This document shows, piece by piece, positions 10,284 through 23,157 of a stretch of DNA of 64,000 nt. Each line of letters starts with the position of its first letter. Position 1 is the first letter of the stretch. The translations under genes and the position numbers were made by a program. This DNA is from Lepidodermella squamata (taxonomy: Eukaryota; Animalia; Gastrotricha), in assembly GCA_047495785.1 (NCBI GenBank), contig JBLDXI010000021.1, positions 2,232,001 through 2,296,000 on the forward strand. Direction: 5' to 3'. The notes beneath the pieces are model-generated. The model was not told the DNA's origin. It saw only the letters and a list, made by a program, of their open reading frames with translations, and made no database searches.

Positions 10284-12408
10284 CTAGAAGAATCTGGTGG
10301 CCGAAGGTAGGCACATGAGAGAGCCGAGCACTGTCGAGGCGAGAAACAGTACGAGAAAGTAGAGATTTATTCGGTCGCCGACGCGTTGCCACGGAGTGCA
10401 AACCGGCACGTCCGATGAGTAGAGGAAAAAAGTGCGGTAGCCGCCTGTCGTGCTGTTTTCATTGCCGTGGATGGAGCCGAGCGACATTCGCGAGACGCGG
10501 CTTGGCGAGGCGGCGAGCGATGGCGCCGGCGCGGTGGTGACGCCGTAAGCCGTCATCGCGTACAAATTGCGCCGCTCCGCGTTCAAAATCAATGGGTCGT
10601 TTTCAGCCGGCGGTCGATGGTGAGTTGTTGTTGGCGCCTGGTGCGGCGCTGGCCCGCCGGCCGTGACCGAAGACGTCGACGCATTTGACGACGAGTTGTT
10701 TTCAGCCGGATCCGAGCCAGAACCGTCGGATGACAGCGACAGCGTAGGCGATAAGTCGGCCGGTCTTGGCGGCTGGGGCTCGGCAACGCGATAGATGGAG
10801 TTATTCTGGCGCCGGCGTTTGTGCCGCCTTTTCGGTATCAGCTTTTTGAAGACCAGTTCCGGGTATGCGACGTATTTCAACCAGCACGGTATGACTGTTT
10901 TTTGCTTCTGGCGGCATAGACACGTTATCACAACTGCCATGACCAGCGAAACGCAGCAGAGCAGCATTGTTAAGGTGTACATCTTGGTGATCAGTGGCAC
11001 CTTGTCTGAAGCCGCCAAAGTATCAGCGACGGACATTTGCAGAACTACAATTGAGAGCAAAGACGTCAGCGGCAGTTCGATCTTTCCGCCTTCATCAGTT
11101 ACTGAAAAAACGAGTAATTAAACGATAATCCAAAGTAATTGAAAAAAAACGTTCTAGAATCGCATACCTGGTACAAAGAAGCTGAGTAGGCTGACGAAGT
11201 AGATGAGGCAGCATGGGAATACACAGGTGTACATGTAGAAAAGGAATTTGCGGCGCAATGCGATGCGAAATATGATGCGTGAAATCGGGTGCCGCGACAT
11301 GGGTTCCCGTGATTCGACGCGTTTGCCGATTATTGATACTACAGTCCACTCCTGGCCTCGTTCGTCGTAGTAGCTGGCGTTGTTGCTTGAACTTAGCGTG
11401 AAATTCAGCTGCCGAATGTTGTACGACAACGGGGCCATCAGGACATCACAATTTTGCTCATCAAACTTGAAAAATAATTGGGGTAAAAGGTGAACGGGAT
11501 GTAAAATTGTGATTCCTTACCGGAAACCAGGACAAGTCCAGGTAGCAGAATGTTTTTATAAGGCTTGGAAACATCCATAACACGAAGCCATCGTTTGACA
11601 CGATAACGTTCGTTTCCTGTGTACTCGACGGCGATTCGACGTTGTTCAATACAAGAATGTCCGGCAGCCATAAAAGCGACGAGGGCAAAAGCATGGACGA
11701 TATGTTAGCGTACCGACCTATTTCCCATTGTAAGAACTCGTCGAACCACGATAGCCTAAGGCATATTATTAATGAATTAATAATTCATGCAGTCGATTAA
11801 ATCAATTTACCTGATGGCGACTACACAGGAAAGAAGTTGCAACTTTTCGTCGAGGTCGAGTACGTGGTACAAAGAAATGCCAGCTTTCACTGTCATCATC
11901 GTCCTGTCATCACGAACTGGTCGAGACGTCCTATCCTAAAATTGGAAATCCGCTTTAAAAAATATTTACTAATCCTAGAAAATTCCTTACATAGACGTCG
12001 TTGAACAGCAAGTCATCCTCTGGAAATAAAATTTTATTAAAACATTTTAACCCCAATTTAAATCAAGAGAACAAACTTAGTTTGGTTTCTTGAGGAGTTT
12101 TCATTTTCTGAAGCCGGCGTTTTCGTTCATTGTAATCTTGGATTCTCTCTGTGAAAAGAAAAGACAGATATAGATTAAGTGGGTACTATTTGAGGAAGGT
12201 ATTCTTTACCTAGGTAGTGTTCAACGATTTCCTGATCAACATAAGGCAAATCATTGGAGAATCGGCTCATTTCGAAAGTTGAGCTGCGGTGGAAGAGCGA
12301 CGACGCTTGCGTTTGAGTTTTTGTCTGCTGTGATGTGTGGTAAGTTCGCTTCGCCGAGGCTGATTCCATTAGGATGAAGACAACTAGTAAAATCACGGCG
12401 GCTACCAT
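10284..12408 (-). CDS. Cys-loop ligand-gated ion channel, nAChR-like non-alpha subunit (divergent)
   Basis: Signal MVAAVILLVVFILMESASA, DRTSRPV, LWLPDILVLNN, Cys-loop CYLDLSWFPFDEQNC and four TM segments. No vicinal Cys in loop C. Confidence 0.9.
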
Positions 12409-15400
12409 GGCCGATCGGGGTGAATGAACACGGGCAGTTTTTGGATGCCAGTTTGCCAGCGCTGCTATATCGTTCGCAAGCAGGTCTCCATTCGCGGCGG
12501 CGACGGCGGTTGATCTCGATGGCAAATTACACCCGTAAAAACCGACGAGATAAGCGCATGCGAGCTACAAGTAAATAAGTCGCCAATTTAATGCCGAGAA
12601 ATTAAACGTAATGAAATAATAATAAAATGATTATGATCGTCTATTATTCGGCTTCGGCTGCGCTCGGCTGACCCTGGCGCTGTGTCATTCACTGCCGTCA
12701 CTCGATAATCTTCACGTATTGCGCCCAATTCGCTCGGCTGTGGGCGATCCGCCTAGAGATATGTGCGGCCGCGATACGAGTCCAATGCACTTGCGCCTGA
12801 TTACAAGAAAAGTCGCATCTATGCACATTTATTTTCTATTTCTGATACACGGCAGGTTTTAATCTCTAGATGAAGAAGCGCCGTATATTATGGCGCATTA
12901 ATCGCAGCGCGCGCGCGCCAAGCGAATTGGCTGCCGATGACACGACGTCGTAGTAGTCGCAAAAATCCTATTTCTACTACAAAGCAGACAATACTACTAG
13001 GCTGATCAGAGGGCTGAAATAATATTAATAATACATATTTGTATAAGTTGCATCTACCGTTTTTCAGAAATTCAATTCTTGCTTCCGCGCGCGAGACCGA
13101 AAACTAGTGCGCGTATTAAGTAAGTATCCATCGATAAAGCAATTGATTGCCCCGGCTTCTTCTTCGCCCGGTAGTTGAGCGAATTTCAATTGGTTTTCAC
13201 GCTCGCTCGCGCGTGGCCTCGCGAAAGCGATCGGCATTAAATGATATCGAAGAGATTATCTATCACTTTACGCATCACATGCAGCAATCATGTATCGAAG
13301 ATGGGGCAAGCAGCAGCAGCACACGGCCACCGTGCAAAAACAAGTGTTGGTAAGCGCGGCGCCTATTATCATTTCGGCGTTACGCGAGGGAACGCGTAAA
13401 ATACGTCCAACAATACGCACGAGCAAATCTTGCAATCGACGGAAGGCCTATACCACCGCACTCGATATTCTAGCGAACAAAAGTCGACCGATATATTTAT
13501 ACGACAAGATGCTAGTTAATAAAATAATAATAAAGTAAGTTGTTGTAAAAACACGCCTCGAAGTTGGGCACGCAAATTGGCGGCTTGTTAACACACGCGC
13601 ATACAAGCAGTGGCCGTATGGCGCCGTCACGGGAAAAGCATCTGCCACGCTGGCCTGCTTCTTCGCATCCCCTCTTAAACCACGTCAATTTTGATTACAA
13701 GGCTACATGTCTTCAATTGCGCCGGCGAGATGACAATCGCATTAGAAAACGAATTAGCCATCAGCTGAACTGGCGATTTCTCATTTTTACCAGCTCCCGC
13801 ATTTTTTTCTGAGACACTCCCTGCTTTTTTTCTTACCGTCTGTTAATTTTTTGGCCCTTCAATTTTTCAACTCGCTCCCGCCTCTGTATATATTACGCTT
13901 TATTGTCTATTTAAATTTTATCCGCCTCTGTTTTTAGGTGGATTTTATTATGCTTAAGACAATCGACGTTAAGACTGCCCATATGTACCGGTTTCATGCT
14001 TCATCGGGCGGCGATTTTCGAATGATGAGTAATAACTGTGTAGGCGCGCGCGCCTTTCGGCGCCGCTGCTGATGCGCATTTAGCCGGCGCGTTGAAATCG
14101 AACACAAGTTTTGAAACATTTGTTATCTCTTCGCAACTGCGGAGCGGTGAGAAAAAACTGCGCGCGCTTCGATACAAAGGCAGATAAGTCTGCCGAGTTC
14201 GGCCGTACTCTTCGCAATGAATGTGGCGCGCCAATCACATATAGGTATACCAGCGCTAATATTATTATTTTTGTATTATAGTTCCTATAAATTAAAAGGC
14301 ATTACTTGTTTATTTTGAGTAATAAGCATGCGACTACAAGGCGCCCGGGCGCACATCGGCTCGCTACAACTGCCGACGTATGGATTGTAAACCAGAAATC
14401 AGAGCGGCCAATGCGAGATTTATGTTGTTGATTACTACAGCGCGATGAACGCAGATATCCCCATCTCATAGCATATAGAGCCTATCTACACCATGCAATT
14501 ATCACCCGCCAATCGAAGCGGAGACATTTCTTAAACAAACTGTTTGTAGTGTTTTCTCGAACAACATACTCACCGCTTTCCTTTCGTTCTTTGCGATGTT
14601 TACCAGCAAGACTGATACAACATCGAAATATCTATCAGACGAAACTGTAAACTAATTGTGCTTCGATTTGAGAAATTCGAGTCATCGCCGAAAAGCTTTG
14701 CTCTTTCAACGTCATCTAAACAAGTGGCACGCAGGAAACCCACGCGGCAGAGGTGAGAGAAAATGGCGATATCTGATCTCTTTGAATTTGTCGAACCTTT
14801 CGCGAGCGCACTCACTATTCGAAAAGTTTGCTATTGTTGATTTTTTCCCCCATGCATCCAAGCCATCGAACCGATGAATGATGAATGCTGATCCTTACGC
14901 GTTGAGACGTGATTACGTACATTTTTTTACGGTAACTGCCTGATTTTTTTATTATACCAATCGGTATTTTGTTAATATGCCCACTCTTCGGAGCTGTATG
15001 TGTTGATTATTCTCGGACTCAGCGCGGCGCTATAGTCTAATCATTCTCATTAATTTTTGCCCATATTATTATTATTATTTTATTGGGCTAGGAAATATTA
15101 TGTGCCAATCGTTGTTTCACTAATATTATTATTTGCATATTAATTTGCGCGCCTTTCGATCATCGTCCGGCCTTGTCGTGCAATGCGGTAAAAGGCATTT
15201 TGAGCCTATTGCACGTATTATAATACGTATTATTTCACCATCATCATCTACTTCTTCTTCTTCTTTTGCACCGCGTTTATTTTCTCGGCTCGTGAGGATG
15301 ATGATGATGAGACTGATGATTGCCGATAGCCGAAAGAGCAACTTGGAATCAATTAACAAAAGTGGTTAGGAACACACATTATCGGGAATTTCATCATTTT

Positions 15401-16202
15401 TATTCCGCCGCCAGCGACCGGTACCCAAGTGTCGTCCGCGCCCCGGCGCTGCTGCTGCTGCTGTCAAAGATTTTGCGGAACAAACAATACGTTCATTATT
15501 TTTATAGCCGTTATTATTTTGCCTTATTAGCGCACTTCATCGTCGACAGCACGCCGCTGCGTCACAGATATGCCTACACTACGCGCGCGAGAGAGCGAGT
15601 AAGCGCGGCTCATTTCCCCACCAGTCGGCGGCACCAGTCACTCGGCGCCGGCGACGGCTGAAAGTCCACTTCGCCCGGCGGCGCGTTCGCCTTTATCGAC
15701 CGACTCGTCGCTGCGGCCACTCTCGTCGCCTAGATAATCGGCGTCGACGCAAAAGTAGGCCGCTTTTTTCCTCGCCGTGTTATTCCGCGAGTTTTTAAGC
15801 ATTTAAGCGTCTGCCACTACTTATATACTTTCTCGAATGATTACTGAAGTTAGAACCGCGTTGCGTGATGATACATACATGTCGATAGTAGGCAACATTT
15901 TGGTTAATTTCACATTGCTTTCAAGGGCAATTTTTTTCGTTATGGCGTGACCCGCAACACGCGCGTCCCTGGAGGATTTCCAAATCTCATTTCGCCTCGG
16001 TTTTTTTTACGCACTATATTCTTAGGAGATTCATGTTATATCCAAGTTGACAAAAAACTACGCAACGCGTTGATGGATTTGCGATAGATGCCAGCACCGA
16101 CCAGGCAGTAGCGGTGGCACGTGCTTCGACAATGCCGCGCTGGCGACCCTAATTTGCAACTAGCAACGAAGGCCACCACTTCGACAGACCTGTTCGCTGT
16201 TA

Positions 16203-19200
16203 ATGCCGTCTTCCGCACGGCGCCGTCGGCCCGTGGCGTCGAACCGATCGTTGTTCAGCCTACTCGCCGCGGCGGCTCTACTGCTCACTGCCAGCTTGCC
16301 ACTTGCATCGGCGGCCGGAAAAGGCGGCAGCTCAAAAACATGTGAGTTATTGCGTAAAAACTAGATAATCCTATTCTGATTTCCAACTCCTATGCGAAAA
16401 TAATGATCAGGAAAAGTATTTAAACCGGTTGCAAATTTTACTTTTAAAGTTGTGACAAGGAATTCCAACGGTAAAAAGCTATAAATTCCTTACTCCGAAT
16501 TTCCTTATACTCATCTTATTCGCATGAGATATCCATTCTCTGTTTATTTAACAAGGATTTATATTAATTTGAGTCGACCTAATTTACAGTTAAATAGCGG
16601 GCATCATGTATTAGGTGATTGTTGGTCCCTAGATTTATAGGTCATGGAATTATAGGACAAAGTCAATCTGATCATCATTTTCCAGTCACTATATACTATG
16701 CATTTTTCATCATTGAAATTCGATTCATATATCGCATGTCTGATCTCCCAGTATAAATCGAGTCGCAAAATGATAGCCCTTGATACTTTCGAACCCCCTG
16801 TTCTAAGAAATTCTTAGAAAATAGTAGGCACTTGATAGGCATCGGAGTAATTCGGAGCGCTTTAGTCGCATCAATCATTATTTATGAATCAAACAATAAT
16901 TCGTATCGCCTCATTATTTTCCTAACACTGCAACAGTTTCAAGTGTGTTGACGCAATTTCGTAATCAAGTAGACGGGGTGCTGAATGATCAAGTTACCCC
17001 AGTCAATAATTTGCGTCGCGATTCTGATGACAATGAAACTGAGGATGATGACGAGGCGCTGAAAGTTGACGCGTCCTCGTTATCGGTCAATGCGCCGATC
17101 GGCGGCAAATCGCTGCTGCGTTCAAGCATCGTCCAACACGCTGGTGCCTCCAGCTCCAGCGGCGGCCACAGCGGAACTTCGAGCCACACGGATGCGGTTT
17201 CGCCGCGCGACCGCGACGGATCATCGCTGTCGTCGCGCCGCATCAAAATGGGTTCGTGCGACGCTTATACTTGTGGATTTCTTTGAGCCCGCTGCGTTGC
17301 GTTGATCACCGCATGAATATTATGATGAGTCATCGTAGCATAGTTGCCGATCGTTACAATGAGTTGCAGGATTTAGTTAGAGTGCGATTGGCAGGCATTT
17401 TGATTGAACCACTTTCATTTAACGAGAGCATGGCAGACAGATGATAGAGGGATCCGATTCAGTTCGCTCTCGTAATATTTTTTATAAGTTTTGGCCGCAT
17501 GATTATTTGGTCGATTTTAATTGACAGCGCATGATATATTATTTTGATAATGATGACCTATTAATTTAATTTGTTTATTATGATGATGCATTTGCTGATT
17601 TTTACTAACATTGCGTTTGCTTTTTTTTGTTTTTTTGATTGGAATTTTGATGATTGCTGATGCTTACAACGGATTCAACTAAAATGGATGCGGTGATGCT
17701 TTGAATGCTCGGCAACTAACGGCTTGGTTTTCGTTTCGATTGCATTTGCAACACAGCAGCAACTCATAGCAAAAGTAGAGGCTCGCCATCGATGGCGCCG
17801 CCGTCTTTAGGAAAACCTGCGCCTATTAATGAAAACCAACCCTTTTACGGAACAGTTCCAGGTGTCGATCCGGCCAAGTACGACATGCTGTACAATCGAA
17901 CGTCAGAAGAAATGAAAATCAAGAGAATGCTTCTCTACACCGGGGTATGTTTCATGTAAAGCTAAATGTGCCAACGGAAAAAAATGCCTTGCTACTCTAG
18001 CTATACGACAAAACTTCCAGACCAGTGACGCATGACCGTGATAACGTTACCGTCCACATTGGCATTTCTTTGTATCACATTCTCGACACGAATGAAAAGT
18101 ATCAAACAATTTCACTTCTCATCGCTGTTCGATTGGTAAAATCTCAGTTCAAAATGATCTACGGAAAAGTTTAATTTTGTCATTTTGTTAGAAATGGAGG
18201 GATGCAATGCTTAGATGGGATCCTGGAGAATTCAAAGGTGTTGAGCAGATTTGGCTACCGAGTGGTAACATTTTTAGTCCATTCGCGAAAACACTTGAAC
18301 TATATGATTCCTTTGAACAGACTTATTATGGACTCCGGACATTGTCATCAATAACAAGTATGGAAATGGCATCATTGAATTAAAATTGATTTACTGAATT
18401 GTCATTTTCCAGTGCCGATCACGAGGTTAAAATGCAAACAAATGCTATCGTTGAGTATACTGGTGACATCCTATGGATGTACCCGCAATTGGCGAAAATC
18501 TACTGCACCCTCGATGTTCGCAATTTTCCGTTCGACGTGCAGCACTGTGACATCAAATTTTTCTCATGGACGTACAACGGCTATCAGGTATTTTAGGACT
18601 CAGCCGCTAGCTAATAATTCTTCACCACTCATTGTCCTGTGCCGTAGATTGATTTGATGACAACCGAGTCGGAAAATCCGAGCTATTTCGACGAGGCGAA
18701 TCAAGAATGGAATGTTGTTAGCATACGAGGCAAACGCAACGTTGCCATCTACGCCTGCTGCCCAGAACCGTTTCCAGATATTAGTTTCACTTTGGTTATG
18801 AAGCGCCGGTCCATGTTTTACATTTTCAACCTCATCTTCCCGTAAATTTTTGTCCTAAATTCAAACTCGATTTTTTACGTTTTATCTATCGTCGCAGATG
18901 TATGCTCATTTACGCGGTAGCGTTTCTCGGCTTCTTTCTACCAATCGGTAAGCATTTATTGAGATTACAAGGCAATTTTAGGTTCAATTCAATGTTCCAA
19001 TAGAATCAAATGAAAAAATCAATTTGGAAGTTACCATCTTGTTGGCTTTGGTTGTGTTTCTTATGGTCATCGGCGAGACGATGCCGCCTAGCCCTGATGC
19101 TATTCCTCTGCTCGGCCAACTGTAAGACCTTATATACCCATTATTTTTCGGGTTTTGATATTTGAAATCCCATCTAGATACGCTTCGACCATGATGATGG

Positions 19201-20232
19201 TCTCGATAGCGCTAGTTTCCGCCGTGGCTGTAACAAATGTGTACTACAAAGAAAAGTACGGTGAACAGGTGCCAAGATGGCTCTTCCGGCTGCTTTACTG
19301 GAATGCTGACATGCCATGCCCGAAATGCAAAATGCCTCAACGGGTATGACGAGCGAAAAGCCCCAACTAGCTTCATTCCATATTACATCTTATTTTTGAC
19401 GTAGATGCTGCGCAGTGCTCAATTCGACAAAGCTACCGGCATGGCGTCGAAACGGCCGTTCAAGAACACCAACTACGTGATGGCGACATCGTCCCTTCCT
19501 TACCCGGTTGACGCGCACGGGATGGAGACGGTGACGCACGCAGGCCCGCCGGTCGTGCAAATGCCGTCGCGGCCGACCAGCATGGTCGAACAACCGGCCG
19601 GCCCGCACTCGCCGCCGTATCCGAAATCGCCGTCGCACCGGCGCGCGGCTTGGATCAGGTCTTCGTCGCCCGGCACTCTTCCAGTCGAACAGACAACGCC
19701 GGACGGCACGACCCAGTGCACCTCGCTCAATCCGCAAATGTCGACATGCTCGGACGACGAGCCGACCACCGCCGTGCAACACAACACGCTGATGATGGGC
19801 AAGAAGCGTTCCGGCGCCGACTCGCCCGTGTGGAAGCACCGCGGCAACGGCATACCCGGCTACCCGGTCGACCTGTGGGCGCCGCCGCACCCCGACGCCG
19901 CCGCCGGCCAGCAATTCTACCCGTCAGCGCCACATATGCAACAACCGCAGTCTCAATTCATGCCCGGCCACCCCCGGCAACCGCCTGGCACGCCCACGAC
20001 ACCCGTCGCGCGCCATCCGCCCGCTACGTTCGCGCGCCAGTTGTCCGAAGGCGGCCACTCGACGCGGTTTGTGCGCACCGACGCTGGCTGCGTGCATATC
20101 ACGATATCTTGGCGCGAAATTGCGGAGCGCATCGACGGCATCTTGTTCTGGGCATTTTTTATCAGCAGTTGCGTCGTTTTCACGCTCATTTTTGTCACCG
20201 TCGACTACGAAGATCCAACTCCCTCGAAATAA
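16203..20232 (+). CDS. Nicotinic acetylcholine receptor alpha-type subunit with long N-terminal extension
   Basis: Exon 16203-16341 encodes a signal peptide. Exon 16937-17251 and the exon from 17856 join in phase 1. Motifs: WTPDIVINN, CTLDVRNFPFDVQHC, SWTY, loop C YACCPEPFPD and TM2 ESNEKINLEVTILLALVVF. Confidence 0.92.
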
Positions 20233-20710
20233 CTTTACAACAGCTGTATATCCATCTTGAATTACCTTAAAATTATTCACCCATGTCATCCTCAGATTCA
20301 AAAAAATAATGCAAAGTTTCTCAGATTACATATTTTTTCTTGCAATGAGAGCTTCTTAGGCAACTTTACAACGAAAGACTGCGATGTTGTCCTGTGTTTC
20401 AACTGTCCAGTTCTGCTCATAGGCATTATATGCGAGAAAGTTCTGTTAACCAAATCGATAAAACCCTCAATATTTCATATCGCTCTGTGGCGATGAAGGA
20501 AAAAAACTGTCTTCTATATAAATTCAAACTTATCGTTTTCAAATTTCATCTTCAAAATGCTGTTAATGAATGAAAATATGATGCCGTGAAGAAGATTTGT
20601 TTGTACTATATATTACGAAAATTGAACGACACTTTTTGCAAATGTGACGAAAATTTTATTACAAGGAAGAATAAAAGGATACGAACTTTCAAAAAATAAT
20701 GGCGCATTCT

Positions 20711-21104
20711 TTACTTGTATAATTGAGCACACTTCATTTGACCTGAATTTTGACAGTGGAAAACTGGTTCAACTACCAGTAATTATCGCATGAATAGCCA
20801 TCGCTAGGGATTTTTGTCTGCCGCCACATTCGTCTTCAATCGGCCAGAAAATGATAGCGATTGCTAGTGCTAGTCCTGATACAAAAACGGCAACACTCGG
20901 CCAGTCCTCAGTAATCGCAGGCTTTGTGCGCAGTGCTTTTCCAGAGTCGCTACGCCTCGCGCTATCATCACGCGGAAGCTGGCGAGAGCGGCGCTGCTGC
21001 TGCTGTCGTAAAATAGCTGGCAAGTCGTTTTCTTCATCTGCTGCGCCATCGATTTCAATCAAGGCGCGATGCATCGGTCCGCCGAACGTCATTCGGTTCG
21101 GCAT
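20711..21104 (-). CDS. Hypothetical small single-pass membrane protein
   Basis: ORF with one hydrophobic segment WPSVAVFVSGLALAIAIIFWP. Start and a 34-nt terminal intron are uncertain. No family recognised. Confidence 0.3.
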
Positions 21105-23157
21105 TGCGGCTAAAATAGCAGCAGCGGATGATTTTTTACTCGCCAAAAAACCGCACGAACAATAAGCCAATAAGTTCTAAAAAATTCTAATACGATATTA
21201 CGCAAAACAAATGGCCGATAAAATGTAAAGTATTAGACATAAAAGGGAAAAGAAATTAAAAATATGATAAGCCGATGGGAATTTTCTGAAAGCTTTCAAA
21301 ACTGGAACAGGAATCAGCTCGCGGTTGAACCCAATTTCATGTCTGATTTGGTTTCACCTTGACCCTAATTCTCAATGAAGCTAAATTCAGGGAGAAATCC
21401 GCGTTTCATATGTTAAACCGTCTTAGGCCGTTGGTCATTGATCATTTTGAAGTTCAAATTCGATGCATTCTCACTTCCATCCGTGGCAAATTTTGTCAAC
21501 TGATCTCAACTGATGTTTTCGCGTTCCAATAACATAAAATCGCACGAATTTTCTGGTGATGACAGCTGATTGACGGGTGGGTGTGCTAAGTGGACTCCTT
21601 AGAAATTTAAGGTTCCAACGTAGGAGTTTTCACAAAATTTACCTGGTTTCTATTCATTTCATCCCTAGGATCATGAGATATCACTATTATACGCGTTTTC
21701 TGTGCGATGAGCGTCCAGCTTTAACGCGTTACCTATACTGCAGACCGATATCGAATCCAATTATCGATATCACAACTGCGTGATTTTTTTCACATATCCG
21801 AAGTCTTGGAAGCCGCAACACTGAATATAATATGTCTGCCTAGCCGATGATACTAGGTAGCTGAAATGAAAATCCCGGGACTGATAAAGAAAAAAGTCGA
21901 AATTGGAAAGAATCGGAAAAATTAATTGCCAGGGCGCTTCCATTTGGCGCTGAAACCTCAACTTTCGTGGTGACCTAACTGACTTCCTCAGACGATTTTT
22001 TCGGTTTCTTTCACTTTACTTTCTCTTTCGCAAATTATGGAGCCCACAGCTGTTGAAGCTACGAGCAGTAAACAGATTAAATCAGGATATCTCGTAGTAA
22101 TTACTAGACGAAAACTTGGCTAATAATTAGTATCACGCGAGACTTTTCGCATTCACGCATTATAGCAGCGATAATTTGGGTCGGTGGGAAATTCATCACA
22201 ACACAGCATTTTTTGCGCCTAGCCTACTAGGCCCAGGCTGACAGCTGCTCTCGTACCGTAAATAGCTTAGACCCCGACCCACGCTGTTGTTTGCCCGCAG
22301 TGTCGACCTCAAGCGCATTATTACCTGAAATGCACATACCAAAGCAAAATAACAACGCGAGCATTGTTATTCAGCACACGAGTATGTGGTACAACTTGTC
22401 GAAATTGACGGTGCATTCACGCTTGAGCAGCACCACTAGCACTTTCGACCGCTGCTGCCAATTGCTGCTCGAAGTAGTACCCGCGCCGAAATTATTAACA
22501 ATAATCGCACTACACAAGCTGGAAACAACGGTCAATAAGAGGCCGGATGTGGAGCAGCCAACAAAGTTTTATTGTAGTTTCATTTTCTCGTTATAAAAGC
22601 ATTCCCATCGTGAAATTCCGCCATCAGCGATAATGAAGAACAGCGGCGCCGGTTACTTGAATACATCATACATACAGTAGTGGCATCATCGAATGACAGA
22701 CATTAATAATGATAGTAATAATATATAGTGTAACAACGACGAGTGACACCTGTTTTGTTTTACGAGATATTTCAACTCAATTTCAGAAATACAATAACAA
22801 TCATTGTAATGATAATAAAGATTTGCCTGTATGTACATTTCAAGCACAATTTTTCTGTTTATTGTTCAACAAATGCGGTCGGCTGTCGCCAGCCATTTTG
22901 CTCGACTGCAAGGACAAGTGAGCGGCAAAACGAATAAGATAGGACAACATAAAATCCCAAAAAATAACAGCTGAATTTCGAGTACTGAGCGGAGCGAATA
23001 CTAATAATTCATTTGCTTCTGATTTTCTTCATCATCATCAATCAGCGTGTGTAGGAAATTCTTTGAGAGACATTTTAGAACACGGAAGAAGATTCGTCAT
23101 CGTCAACAACTACGTAGAAGAAAATATCATAGGGAATTGGGTTGGCGGCGGCGGCGG

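Noticed and set aside
12526-16200. Short ORFs between the two receptor genes (similar ones at 35400-39500 and 42000-46400)
   Set aside because: Random-looking translations, better explained as regulatory or intronic DNA.
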